This document shows positions 28,001-42,500 of a stretch of DNA of 64,000 nt, in pieces. Below the pieces are notes generated by a model. The model saw only the letters and a list, made by a program, of their open reading frames with translations. It was not told the origin of the DNA and did no database searches. The translations under genes and the position numbers were made by a program. Source of the stretch: Phoronis australis. Lineage: Eukaryota > Animalia > Phoronida. The stretch covers positions 294,864-358,863 of the forward strand of contig NMRA01000461.1 of NCBI GenBank assembly GCA_002633005.1, read 5' to 3'. Position 1 is the first letter of the stretch. Each line of letters begins with the position of its first letter.

Positions 28001-31000
28001 GCCAAACGCCATCGTTCCCTGGTACTTTGACCCCACTACCACTAGGGCATTTACATCTGCAACGTCAAAAGCGAAAGTTTGGGAAGCCATCTACCACTGG
28101 CAGAACATGACATGTCTACGGTTTCCTTACAGGAACACTGACTCCCAATATTTGAAGATAGGGACAGGAACCGGGTAAACAGAATTTGACAGGTTCCATG
28201 CATGAAAGATATAAAACAGTTATTGCTGGCTATTTTGGATGTGAAATAAGCAAATATGACCACCAGCTACTATGTTGACTTAAAATTATCTCAAATTAAA
28301 AGGAATTCCAAATCTGCAGACATGATGAACATGCGGTTATTAGGCGCAGTGATTTACCTACCAGAAAAAAAACACCCGGGTACTATCACACTTGTTTAGG
28401 TTCCCTGCGCTAGTATGCGAAATTGGTATACAAATCTTGTGCTTTGCTTTTGAAATCTTAGAATGTATTTGTATGTGTTGTATACTTCGTAATGTTATCA
28501 ACCGAGACATATTCACCAACCCCAACGACCCAACTCACCAATTCACAGCTTGTATGTGAAGTTCATCTGCTGCTAATCTATCTCGCCTACTGTACAAAAA
28601 CCAATGTCATGACCGGCATGAAAGTATATGTACAAAGGTAGAAATGACTCAAACACAATTCTGCAAGCATCCTGGTTCGCCTCGTTAGCAAGAATCTCGA
28701 GTAATGAACTTTTAGAATACTCAATTTTCCAAATATTCACATGTAACTACTCGAGAACTCAAACGTGATTTTAGGATATCTCCAAGCAAAGGTAGCGTCG
28801 AAAATTTGTGACATATTGTCTATTGCCGGAATTCCAATCCAATATTGGTAACGTTTTATTTGGCATGGTTTTCGGCCCTTTAGTCATTGATCGTTTGAAA
28901 TACATTTCTGTAATAATGTTGACAGCGTTTTGAGATATATTCAGAACTTTTAATTTAAAACAACGTTGGGAACACCAAAAACATCATTGCAGTGCTGTGC
29001 AACCATCTTTAATAAAAACGCATTTGTCTTTCTGAATATAGTTGCAATGGGCACTTTTGCAATGACTTACGCCACCTTAACTTTTTATAAGTTTTATATC
29101 GCGAATGCTGACAATTTCTTAATTTGAACAACTGGTGAATAAACTTTAACATACTTTAAATGGACACAGTTGTTCTTTGATAAATTATCGAGTGACTATT
29201 GCACAATTATGAGAATCGCTCAACAGAAATGCCAAAACTAGATCAACCGCCAGTAGCCGGTATTTAAACAGGTGTAATTGATTCAGTAAAGTCAGCTTAC
29301 AGAATTACACATAATTGGTCGACCGCTCCTTAACTGGTATAGAATCACGAACGTTTGAACTTCAGAAGATACCAATGTGTATGGCAACAAACAGAGGGTA
29401 GATATCGAGAGTGAAAACACGGAATCTTGTAAAGCAGATATGTGTTTTGTTTAAATCCTTGTGGCTTTTCCCAAGTTTCCATCAAGGCAAAAATCGTTAG
29501 CTGGAGACCACAGTACAAATTAGTAAAATCCAAGGGAAGTCAATAGGAAATGTAAAACGGATGTCATGTACTACATTATGTGCATTTGACGCACGGCACA
29601 CGATTTGAAGGCTGGCATAAGAAATCACTGCAATGAATACGAGAAATGTGTACAAAAATCTGACACCTTAAAAAAAGTAAGTAATGGGGAACCACACGTT
29701 AACACTCCACAAAATGCAACCGGAATTTCGCAGCTGAGCTTTCTTGAACCGAAAATCGATTTAGCATGGGCGGCGCACCATATAGAACTGTGGGGACTAT
29801 AGCCCCAAACTTTTTTCAGTACTGCGCTGCCCATGGCCCATAGGCGGTGCACCACAGAGGGGCTGGGGAGGCTTTAGCTCCCACTTTTTTCAGTGCTGAG
29901 CCGCGCATGATTAGCCATGTTGCTTCGATGAAATTGGTCTCGTGTAAGTCGTTACCGTGATCGGATTCCGAACCGCTTATCAACTGAAATCGTAAATAAT
30001 AGGTGCGCTCACCAATTTCGAAACCTATGTTAGAGTCAGCAGACACCAATAAAGTTTGAAACGTTTTGTCAGTCACTGCAGGTTTGGCGTTCTCTTCGGT
30101 GATGATAACGGAATTCTTTAACGAAGGAATAATATAATGCAGTTTTTAGGAAATTACAAGCCTGAATCGACATTGTTTATTTGCAAGCTAATCACGGCGA
30201 CATGGTCCTTTATTTTTGCCTTTGCTGTAATGAACGTTTGCTAGTAAATGTTTAATTTTATTTAACGCAGATTTGTTCACTAAGATAGTACACGTCATCA
30301 AAATCCCGCACCGTTTAACTACGTGTGTTCTGTAGGTATTTGTGAAAATGTAGAATTGAAAACGGTCAGAACACAACTTTCTGTATTCTCACAGCAGAAA
30401 TTTCTGTGTCACCAGGAATCTTGTCTTACTCATGTTGTTCTTTTTTAGATGCAGTTCGTTTGTAGGACGCCAGTACAACCCACAGAACTTGAATTTGAAA
30501 GAATTTGGTTGTATAACCGTGAGTACCATATACACTTTAACACTTGTTCGTTTATAACAATTAACTAATCTTCAAAAATTCACGAATTGTTTTACATGTT
30601 GAGAAATCGGACACAATCTTATAGGGGAAGTTCATAACGGTGCCTTTTGTCTAGGATTTTTATTGATTGCAGGTATCTAATAATTGAGTAACAATCCCCC
30701 CAAATGCATGTATACCCAAATGCGGTAAAGAGCATACTTTGGTCCTTCATTAAAGAAGTGTGATATTTCTCCGTCATTTCAAGGCAAAGGTACCATGTAT
30801 TCAAGGTATCTTGCACAACAGTGACGTAATTATACTTCCAGTTAGGAATCATTGCACACGAAATAGGACACGCAATTGGGTTCTACCACGAGCAATCGAG
30901 GAAAGACAGGGACGATTTTGTAGAAATTCTCTGGGAAAACATTCCCGAAGAAAAGAAATATAACTTCAACAAGGTCCCCACTTTAGTTTCCGTTGAGTAC

Positions 31001-34000
31001 GACCTTGAGAGCATAATGCATTACGGGTTAAAGGTAAGTACTGTGTGTAGAAGATAGCTAATTGTATACTCAATCCCATATATTATGAGTGCAAATGACA
31101 ACCTGTGTTGCCTATTCCATTTTGTTGAGTACACGATTTGAGAAGGTGCTACAACTAAAGCTGCAGAGAACTATTTTGACAAAACGCTTTCGGAGACAGC
31201 CCCCCCGTACTGCGATGTTGGCTCTCTTTCCTGTTCTCTGTATTAAGCCACCTAGCCACCTCGCTCCTTTTAAGCAGCGATTACATGTACGAAAAAATGC
31301 GAGTCAAATGTGATTCCAAATGACGATTGTCGCTTGTACACTGTGACACTAAGTGAAAACTGCGACAGGCTTTAATAACCAGAACGATTTTTCAAACTCC
31401 TGTGTTTCGACAGTTTCTTACTTGTGATCTTAATTTTCAGTAAAAAAGTTATTGTAACCTGAGCATCTTTGCGCAAGACTCGGCCGTAGGTACGTTCGCT
31501 TGGGGTGGTCATGTTGTTCTTCATTAATCTTGATATTTCAGGCATTTTCGAAGAATGGTCAACCAACAATAGGAGTAAAGCGACAGGAGTTGTCCTTTTT
31601 AGCCGGAAACCGTCGTGGTCTGACGTTTTACGACGCAAAACTGGCCAATCTCCTTTACAATTGCAAAGGTCTGTTTATCTGAGTCTGAAACATTAAAATA
31701 TAATTAAATAAAATCCTTTATTTTAATAACCTAGTGTGTAAAGGCGTCCTCCATTAAAATAAAAAATAGTGCATATTATATAATATTTCGATTACATCTT
31801 TTCTCTGAAATTAAGTTTAATTTTCAGGATTGTTTTTACTTTCTGGTCCTTTTAGGGGATTGCAGTAACACGTGCCACAATCATGGATACCCTTTCAAGA
31901 CCCCTAACAATCAGTGCGTGTGTAAATGCCCTGTGCACTTGAGTGGTGACTGCAACAGACTGGATACCGGCACGACAGGTACTAGCTGAAATGAAATCCC
32001 TTCTGTCGCCGAGACGGAACATGTGCTATGTGTTTGACTTAGAAGTATACAGGGAGGGAGGAAAGAAGGGAGCGAGGGAGAAAGGGAGGGTGAGAGAGAA
32101 AGTGAGAGATGGAGTGGGGGGGACAAGGGTACATTGTAGTTGCGAAGGAGAGGGAAAGACTGGGGAGCAAAACGGCGGCAGTACACGATTGGTTGGCAAC
32201 GAATAAGACGGGCCATTAATACCCCACTACAGTCAGTAAACCACACAAACACACGCACACACCTACGCGCACACACGTACACAGGCGTGTATAGGACCAC
32301 GCACAGGTACACGCAAGTACGCAACGTTTACATGGTAAGTGCAGTATTGTATACCGATACAAAGCCCTTCAGTAAAATTCCGTGCAACAGGTTGCTTATC
32401 AAGCAATAGATTAAAAGCGGTATGTACTGTGAATTCAATGTATTCATCTACTTTACAACTGTAAAAAAGATAGAACCTGTCAATATACGACACAATTAAG
32501 CCCCTCTCCTTACAGAAGCAAACCGGTGACCACGCTAACTGTTCGTAGATTGGCACAACAATCTAAAAGATTGCATTGCATGCTGTGTATTCCCACTACT
32601 ACTTGGACATGTGGAAGCGCGTTACCAGATAGAACACTCTTGGGAGTCCAATGGAGACAGTATGAATAAATTTTGACAGTATTCCTAAAGTGTGTGTGTA
32701 TTTTATGACAACGATTGACTTCATATTTACGCAGGATGCTCTTGCATTGCTAATTGCTGGAATGTCATACAAAAAGTGCCTATCTTGAACTAAAATCTGT
32801 GTTCTGTTTTCAACGCAAATTGTGTATGTCAGGACAAAGCTATGATTAACATCTCCCTTAATGTTTATTTCAGTAAAGTGTTCAGCTTGCTTGCAGAACT
32901 TACTGTATGTTATGCCAACTTTTACATAATATAGTGTGCGACGTTTACTTTTCATAAGGAATATGTTTAGGAAAGAAAAGCGACGTATTGGAAAAAATTG
33001 CTGTAGTACATTCCATTAAAATACTGGAAAACAATGTTTTAAACAAGCATTTTTTATATATTTACTAATATTGTTACGAATGGTGGTATTTGAACATCTC
33101 GGTTCATAAATACTTTTCCCTCTACTAAGTCTGTAAATGACAAGCACAACATTTAACCGTATCTGAACATACCTGCTGCTTCGGCAGCACATCCAAACGC
33201 AACTCGTGTAGTGGAATGTCTTCCGAACATCAAACTCTGTCACAGCACCCTTTGCGCGCGACCGGGGATCCATACGGGTTTCTTCTGTGTGGCAATTAGC
33301 AGGTTTTTGACTTCAACTGTATGTTCCAACCCGTGTACAATACCTGAAACTTAAAGACTACAATGGGTTAATGACTTGTACAAAGTATACCGAAACTGAT
33401 TCCATCCTCTACGTTGTTCCATTGCCGAATTGCTGACGGCTACATAACAGCTGAGGAAAATGCAACTCCAAAATCACCAGTTGAATGCTATCATTATGAA
33501 CTGGAAGACAATATATATTCAGCCCGTCAAAATTCTCTAAAATACAGAAATCGGGTAAAAGAAGGTGTTTACTAGCAAGGTTTCTCACAAATAAAAAGTT
33601 TCGTAAGGATATATAAATTTGCAGCTAAATTTCAACTTCCCAGTCTGAAGCAGCAAAGTTTTACGTAATGTCTCAACTCTGAACAAACAAAAAAATACGG
33701 AACCAACATCTGGCAATCTTTTTTTAGAACAGACTCTAAAGTGTACATGTAGCAAAGGCAATCCGTGGCCTTCACAAAGAGCATAAGACTTTAAGGGCCC
33801 AAACAACCCAGCAGGCGCTGGTTCCTAATGATTTTGAAGGGCGGTCTTGATTAAAAAAACTACTAATAGACACCAAAGGTTTCGAAGACGCCTTTTCATT
33901 TGGGACGCATTTCGTGTATTCTGCGACGCTCACTGGTCTTTTTATCATTTGTGGCGTTCTGGCGTCCGTCTTTCTATTTGACAAACCGGTTTCAAATCAG

Positions 34001-37000
34001 TCTCGGCTGAGAAGACCATGACTGACGGTGATTAGTTTCAGACTGTCGCGTCCTTAAAAGACATTTTTCATGTTTTGAATCAAAAGTTGCAACTACATGT
34101 ATTTTGGCATGTTTGTTGTGAATGTGACAACGTAAACTGCGACTTTTGGAGGACTCGGTATCCTGCTACAGTATGACGCCAGGTGTAACGTTTACCATTT
34201 TATATTGAGAGTTGGTGTTCTGTTTACCAGAACAAGCGTTTAATGCATGTATGTTTCTATAATGGCGACATTAGTTACTTTTAATTTTCCAACAATTTGT
34301 ACGCCTTCTTTGGGACATTGTTTAAGTATTGTTAGGAGGCTCATTATTACTAACAATAATAGGACTGACGTTGATTATTGAACAAAACTGACATCTTTGT
34401 TAAGTTGACAAGAGTACATGTATCACTTTAATGTCCAATTATTTCATAGAAGTCCAACTACCAGGGTGCCTTCTACTGGCCACTTGCAGTTTTACAGACA
34501 TCCACGACGAATTTTTATGAATTCTGGCAAATAATTCCTTATTAGGGACGTACGATGCCCGTTCAATTTTCCTATGAACTTCAATTATTCTGAACATCTA
34601 GTATCAATTCTTTGATTATAACAGAATTGCGGAAAGTCTTCACCTTTACTATCACTTACACATGATCTGTATTAAGTTGCCGTAATTGAACTCCGATAAA
34701 CCGGATTGTGTCTCTTAGGGAACCTAACAAATATCATATTATGAAAGTATTTTCATTTTTTCTCGGATCTCAGAAGAATGGTTCATTACGTGTTGTTCCA
34801 CCTTATTAAAACGATACAGAACCCCCGTCTGGCCTACTATCACAGATGAAAACACCTGGTGTAACCAATTATCTGAAAGACTTAAAGATCCCTTGGAGGA
34901 AGTTTTAAATACTCGCTTCAAAGTTTGCTACCGACAAGAGTGACCTAGCTTTCAGCGATTTGCATGGCTACTGTAGGGAACGACCATCCACAAAGAACCC
35001 TAGTTTGCAATCTCGGACATAGAGAGTGCGAGTTTTCAGCTGATTCTTGCTTGACTCGCTGAAGACCGACGCAAGATGAAGGATGCGTTAAAAGAAGACA
35101 GAACTACATGTACACTGTAGGAATGGCTTAAATCATCAAAGCAGAGTTCAGTATATGTTTAAGTGTAATAATAAGGTCAGGTCATTTGTTCCGTTGAAAG
35201 CATCATAAGGGACGAACCTATAAGAATCGATCACGAATGCACTGTCCTTTGATAAATATTGAATAATTCGTGCCTGTTAGGTCTCAAGAAATTACAGTGG
35301 AAATTCATTTTATGTACAAGTGTAATAAACTGTTTTACAACTCGGCACCTGGCACTGGTTCTAACGGCCATCAGTTCGAGCAAATAACTCTAGCCCTGAA
35401 ATACCATCTCCTGCACCTGACTAATGCATTTTATTAGTAGTATTTGCGTCCCGAGACCATCGGCGAACGTTTGTACTCAGGATTTTCCGCTGCCTGTTCG
35501 ATTGAGTTTTGATTGAGTATTTGAAGCTTTGAAAGCATGCCAAATTCCAGTGTTTCATGTTCATTTTGTTAGTATTGTTTATCAAGCTAGACTCTTGAGG
35601 TGCGGGTCTGTACAATCGGCGATTTCTCAGCAAGTTAAAGCGACTCATAAACCCTACAGTTTCACTAGTTATTCTTTATAAGCAACGACCTTTGGACCTG
35701 GGTGAATTCCGGGATTAGTTTGGTCTCTGATATCTTTTCAGCTTTAGTCAGTCGTAAAACAACTTTCGAAATGTTCTTCTCCATGCCTACACATTTTCAA
35801 CAACACATTTTGGGTGTTGAAATCATTTTACTGTATTTTACGGAAGAAGTTACATTTGGCCGAAACGAAAAGTCTAGACCCCTAAACGAGGTGTGTTCAC
35901 GTAATTTTCAAACAGCTACTTAGCTAGATGCATGTGTGAGTATGCATGTGTATTAGTGCTGTTTCAAATGTTTCTGTCATGATTCGTTTGTGCTTTGATT
36001 ACCAGTTGTTCAGATGCCGTCGATTTCTGAGCAGACATATTGTTGTCTGTATTATTTTCCTATCTTCGTGAAATAACCAATAGACAGTTCTCGTATTAAA
36101 AGAACGTAATCCAGTAGTTTTTGCTGTTAACGGGGTCGTGGGTATTTACAAACTGCCCTGTTCTTTGCGAACTGTGCAATTTTCAGCCATACCGCCACAC
36201 AATCGGAAGTCCCACTTTCTGACGCACTCACGAATTGACATAATGCCAGATACTAGCAAAATTTCCCAAACAAAATATTCTTATTTTTCGCTCAGCCTAA
36301 AAATCGGGGAATATCATGGGCATTTGCGACACCCGCAATTTCCCATACAGTTAACAAAGGAAAAAAGTACCTGTATGTTATTTCGTTTGTTCCATGTACG
36401 TCTCCGACAAAAAATGTTCGGTACGACATTGAGTGTTGCAGCGAACATTTCACTCATACGTTTTGGCTTAGACGCAAATGTTTATCATGAACACCCGCTT
36501 TTCTATCCAGCTGTTCATTTTCTACCTTCTCGAATGTTGGCCATGGCAAACATCCAACAGATGTCCAAAATAACAGTGTAGCTTTTATTCTTATTCTCCA
36601 GGTTCCATTTTCGTTAGTAACCTCACTCTTGTAGAATGTGTCACGATACCTCTTGCTGATGGGAACATACACCACAAGCATCAGAATCACTTACTTTTAC
36701 TTCCTGAAGAAAAATGTTTCTCTTTGAACTTATATAGGTTGTCTTCCACCGCTACCAATGTAATGAGCTATCCATAGTGCATGTACAATTCAAAATTCCT
36801 GATATATCATGTTTGACCATACTTTATAAATCAGAAAATAATTATATGCAAATTTTATATAGATACTTCGAGTAGATTATCTCATTTTCGCCACTGCATT
36901 ATGAACTTATACTGAAGACTGTAGTTGTATGAAACGGCACCAAAAGTCCAGTTAATTATTCTGTATGATGACTCTGCACGTCAGCGAGCAACTGATCCAC

Positions 37001-39548
37001 CTTAATTGATGCATTAGTGACAGCGTTCAAATTCATGGCGGTTCAACCAATTGCCGATCAAATTCTATTGATCCCATGGATTTGACCCAAAATGCACCGG
37101 ATCGCCCCAAAAAGGGTCAAGCAGTGCGTTCCGTCGAGTTGCTTCTCATTCTACAGATTATCGATAGATTCTTCGAATTTTGATAGCAAGAAGGCACAAG
37201 AGATGTGCATCCCAAATTTACTTGGATTTCCAATCGGATCAAAGGAACCGAGTTTCGGGGTCAAAGGTCATTAAGTGCAAAAGTGATTTTTGAACTTGAG
37301 GTTTCATAATCATGCAATCATAAAAGAAGTTTAGTCATAAACTTTGGGGTCACTAGGGGCAACTTTGGGGTTACTAGGTGCAGTTTTTGATTTTTTAATC
37401 AGCTTGTACTTAAATGGTGCATAAGGAAGAGCGTTCAAATTCATGGTGGTTCAATCAATTGCTGATCAAAGTCTATTGATAATACGTGTATGACCCAAAA
37501 TGCCCTATAGGGATGCAAGAGGGTCAACTAGTGGAACTTTTGGTGTCATTAGGTGCAACTGTGTGGTCATTAGGTGCAGTTTTCCTTTGATATTCTTACT
37601 CTTTAGTCTAGCTCTTTCATAGTTACCAGGGACATATCTCTCTTTCACACAAACGATACAACTTCTATGCAAAGTAATGTTCCTATACTTCACTATGCAC
37701 ATGCATACACCACGCGCAATCAATGGCGTTCTAGTTCTTATTCTTATTCTTCTTGTTCTTCGTCCGACCAATTTTGACACTTAATAACTCCAAATTGGGT
37801 GCAGGTACCTTCTTTAAATTCAGCATATGATTTTTGACAGTACATGAATTTTGATTCGTTATCTAATCATTTTCCATAATGCACCAGAAGAGGTCGTTTG
37901 GTGTAAAAGTCATATAATGTTCAAAATGCTACACTTTCTTCAGTTTTAAAGCTATCTTTTTCAAATTTGGTGCACAGGTATAAGTCAACAACACAATATA
38001 AAAATTACTTTTCTAAGTAATCGAATCATCCAATCAGACAAAACAGGTCAAAGTTCATTGGGTCAAAACTAAAATTTTGAGCTAGACACTTCAAATTCAC
38101 AAGTCTGATTAGTACTTCTACTTCATTTCGAAATACAAAGTTTCAGGTCAGTAAAGGGAGACATGGGGTCATTAGGTGCATTTTTCTTCAGAAAATTTTT
38201 CCTTTTCATTCACCAAGTATTTGATGTTTCAACCGTTAGACAGCTGTGATTCTCAGCATGAAACACACTTTTCACGAGCTTCGCAATAATTCTCCTAAAG
38301 ACGCTTATAATGCACCGGATAGGGTCAATTAGTGCAAATGTCGTCTAACGTTCAAAATGTGACATCTAACGTTATTCAAGGAATTCTTTTCAATTTCAGC
38401 ACATTGGTGTAAGTCAACATACAAATTGAGCATCCCACTTTACTACCCATTAAGTCTAACCAATCAGAAAAAATAGGTCAAAGGTCATTGAGTGTAAACT
38501 AAAATTTTGAGCTAGAATCTTCAAATTACACATCTGTTTAGTAAATGCAATTGAGTTTGATATCTAAATTTTCAGGTCATTTGGTGCACTCATGGAGTCA
38601 TTATGTGCATTTTCTTTCTGAAAAATTGACCAAATCCGTCATCTTGTATTCTGAAAGGCTAAAGTAAAACATCTATGATTTTTAGCAGTAACCACACTTT
38701 TAATCGAGTTTACAATTATTTCCTGATCGGGGTTCATATTGCACCGGAAGAGGTAATTAGTGGAAAGGTCATCAAAATATTCACATGTAATTTCTCCAAC
38801 AATGTTAAAGAATTCCTTTCATAATGGTAAACGGGTTGCTGTCGCAAACTTCCCAGAACAATTCCAGTAATGCGCACGCGCAGCGTCCGTTATTCTTCCG
38901 CCGTGACAATAATCATTCTAGTTGATAGTTTACTATACCCTGTATTACAGATTGCGGCGGCGTCTACGACTTGAATGCTGCTAACCCGACTGTGACCATA
39001 AAGAGCCCGAACTTTCCAAACAACTACAATTTGAACAAACTCTGTGTGTATGTCATAAAGGTATGTCTTTTTACGAATTAAGCGAAGTTCATTTTGTAAA
39101 ATTTGTAGGAAACCGTTCACTCGTAGGATATAAGACGTTTACATGTATATTTCTAGCCGACCTGTGGTGAGAAGAAATATGAAATTGTTTGCCATAAATT
39201 TCAAGAAGTTTCAAGGGTTTCTTAAATTGTTTTCACTCGCGTCGGTTGAATCTCATATGTGCACCTAGCCTAAAATGTGTGGGTGCTCTAATGTTTCTGT
39301 ATGCAGACCTTTTCCTGAAAATAGGAATCGAGGGCTGAAAAACGGAGTACTAGGTTCAGACCCATGAACTGTGTGCTCGCGCCGAGTTCCTGTGGACTTT
39401 TGTCTCCTTTTCTTGGACTTTTTTACTCATGCGGACATTTTGCTCACTTCACCAAATGGCGCAGCTCGTTCTAGGCCTTCGGCCCCCGCCCATGGGTGCG
39501 CGCGTGAATCTTACTAAACTTTGTGTCTATTGCGTGTGTATGTGTGTT

Positions 39549-39593
<45 letters not shown>

Positions 39594-42500
39594 CGCGCGT
39601 GTGTGTGTTTTACAATAATACATGTAACTCTTTGGACGAAGACAGCAACCTGTTTACCATTTTCACTACAAAAATGCTTGATAAGCGAATCTGTGAAATT
39701 GATTTTCTTCCTCTTTCTCCAGTTGATAAGCAGTGGCAACGGAAATCCCAAACGAAAACGTTTGAGTCTGGCAAACCTCCAGGTTAATGAGGAAAGCCGT
39801 TACGCGACAGGGGTTTACAATTATTTTTTGGAATTCTTGACAAATATTTTTCTGAGATTTCATTAGATGACGCAGTGACAGCTGTTGTTTTACCCTACAT
39901 GTTGGACATATTTTTATCCCCAGGGTTACCTGCACAGAAACAATTTCGCAGTCGAGGTATACCATGAGCCGCAGCTATCTACGTACAAACTGTACAAGTA
40001 CTCTTCCGGATAATTTCTTACAAATGGCACACTTAATATATTTCAAGATCACTCAATTTGGAAACATTGATTTATTACAACCTCAGGCCATTTGTGGAGG
40101 TTCGAATAAGAACATTGTACATTCGGAAACTTCGTTATTACAGGTGTTACATACACGACTTTCTCAGTTCGTAAATGTCAATGGATATCGCAAACTGTAA
40201 CGTATTTTGCACGTGTTCTACTTCACAGTCGTGCAAATTATGATTACGGACAGCTCAATTAGCTTGCAGGAGCTTGCTAAACCTTTCGTGATCAACCCAA
40301 TTGCATTGGCCATTTTTTGAATTTACCGGTCAATTCATTCTACAATAGAGCAACGAATTAAGTTCGAAGCCTTAAAAACGAGAATGCACCCCTGTTTAAA
40401 TGGCGTTTTTGTCTCAAAATGAACCGTAATACTGACAAGCACTCGATCACCAATTTACTTGTTTTAGGCACCTGACACCGCCGGAAGTGGCATAGAACTG
40501 AAATTCTCGGACTTTGATGTGACTGGCTCATCTACCAGATGCAACCACTTTGTGCAGATCAACGCAAATCTGATTGGTCAGAAGGGAGTCAAGTGAGTGG
40601 ACAACTGAACTGCATGTTTTGGAAAATTTACAACTCACAAATGTATACAGATCTCTTGTAATAGTGCTGTCCCAGATTACAAAGCGGTCCCTCAAATGCC
40701 TGATTTTCGTGCCATTTGGGTTTAACGTGTTATTTGTTGTTGTCTGACTCATCAGTTTAAGGGACTGCATTACTATATTTGTCCTTCTGATACCGTTGTG
40801 CTGTGGGCTGAAACTCCAATGGGAGAAAATTAAATAAACTGGGCAAATACCCAGTGATGCGTGATTCGAAATTCTTCGATTTCCCGATATCATTGAGAGA
40901 CACTGACTTTCAAAACGAGGTCACACGTTTTCTCATCCCAGGAAAAACGGGAGTTCTATCACCGTGCAACCCGGTACGACCCTATTGCATCCAAGTTCTT
41001 CAATATCGCTACCGCATTTGACCGGTTGTTTGTTGAATTTCTATCCGTGTGCAGTCCACTGATTACGCGGTAACATAAATGTACGCCTTGAGTGGAAAAA
41101 CCTAACACTACATGTAATTGGCATGTTTCTACAGGTTTACACACAATTTGATACTAAAAATTCGGAGCGTACGTCCGCCACGTACGTCCGTCACACTAAC
41201 TCAACACATATGAGTCTGTCTGACAAAAACTTTCTTAAAAGATATCATCGAAACTTAGTGTGTTGTACTTTGCAAAGATTCCACTAAATCATCATACAAA
41301 CGTGAAGTTGTAACTTAATGCAGCTCACAGAAAACTAACGTTATATTTTAATTAAATTTTTTTTGCGTACGTCCGCCACACCCCTTTAAAATAGATTTTC
41401 TCGTTCGTATCAAAAAATAGGGAAAAAAGCTGATACACGCTTAGAAAGCTGTATAAGAGATTTATGAATTGATGTATTATTTTCCTAGGATGATCATTTT
41501 GTGGCATTCGATCGAACTATTCTCTGATTATACATTGTATGTCCGTCACAAATGGAATTGCCCTTAAATGTATCGATTACTTCCTACAGAACTTCCATGT
41601 TAATGTACCGTGCCTATAATGCAATGTGATTGGCACCTTTTAAACAGATATTGCGGTAGTTTTGGTGGAGCACCACAGGGCGTCAGCACCTTCCTGGACC
41701 ACAACTCTACTGAAATGATGGTGATATTTAACACCAAGGACACTACTGTTGGTGCCAACAAAGGGTTCATGTTCACTGCGAAATTTGTTGGTGCAAGTGG
41801 TAAGGGATTGATTAGTCGCTGCATGCAGCAACACATTTGTCAATACTTTGTCGCGAACAGTTACATTTCCGAACCATGTTTGTGCATGTCCGGCGCTATT
41901 TACTCAACAAGTCGGCTACTGTAAATAACCTGATGTTGCTTATTTGACCACCAATTTGGAAAAACAAGGTGAGTTACCCCACAAACACTCAACAGTCATT
42001 GGTTGGCGATTGTTAAAGATCGTCTGGATAGATCAAACTTCGTTAAAAATGAATTGCTGTTTATCCAATATTTCACTTAGAATACTTGATACGGAATTTA
42101 TACCATGAAGCAAAAGAAAAAACAAATTAGCAGAACGCCCTCAGAAACAAATTCAGTCGCGTGGAAATCTGTTCATTGACTATGTGGGCCTTCCTATGGT
42201 CAAATGTTACACACTTGTCATTCAAATTGAATTAATAGCTTTGTTTACTTTCTTCCCACAATTCACAATCCATTCATTCTTCGAGTGACAAATAACTGTG
42301 TTGACGAGGGATAAATATCATAGAAAAATGCTGCATAACGTATTTTGAACCCGAATGAGTTCTATGTCTGTATACGTACGACTGTTGATAACGTTAGGAA
42401 GAATGCACGGCATCTGGGATATTACAAGAGAACACAGTTGTGAAAAAAGAAAAACCCTCATCAAAATTCACTCATTTCACCAGTGATCCGATGTTTTGCT

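Noticed and set aside
31911-32409. Overlapping ORFs of 87-137 aa
   Set aside because: They arise from GA-rich and CA-rich low-complexity intron sequence
39429-39866. 145-aa ORF with a CVCVCV run
   Set aside because: Translation of the GT microsatellite
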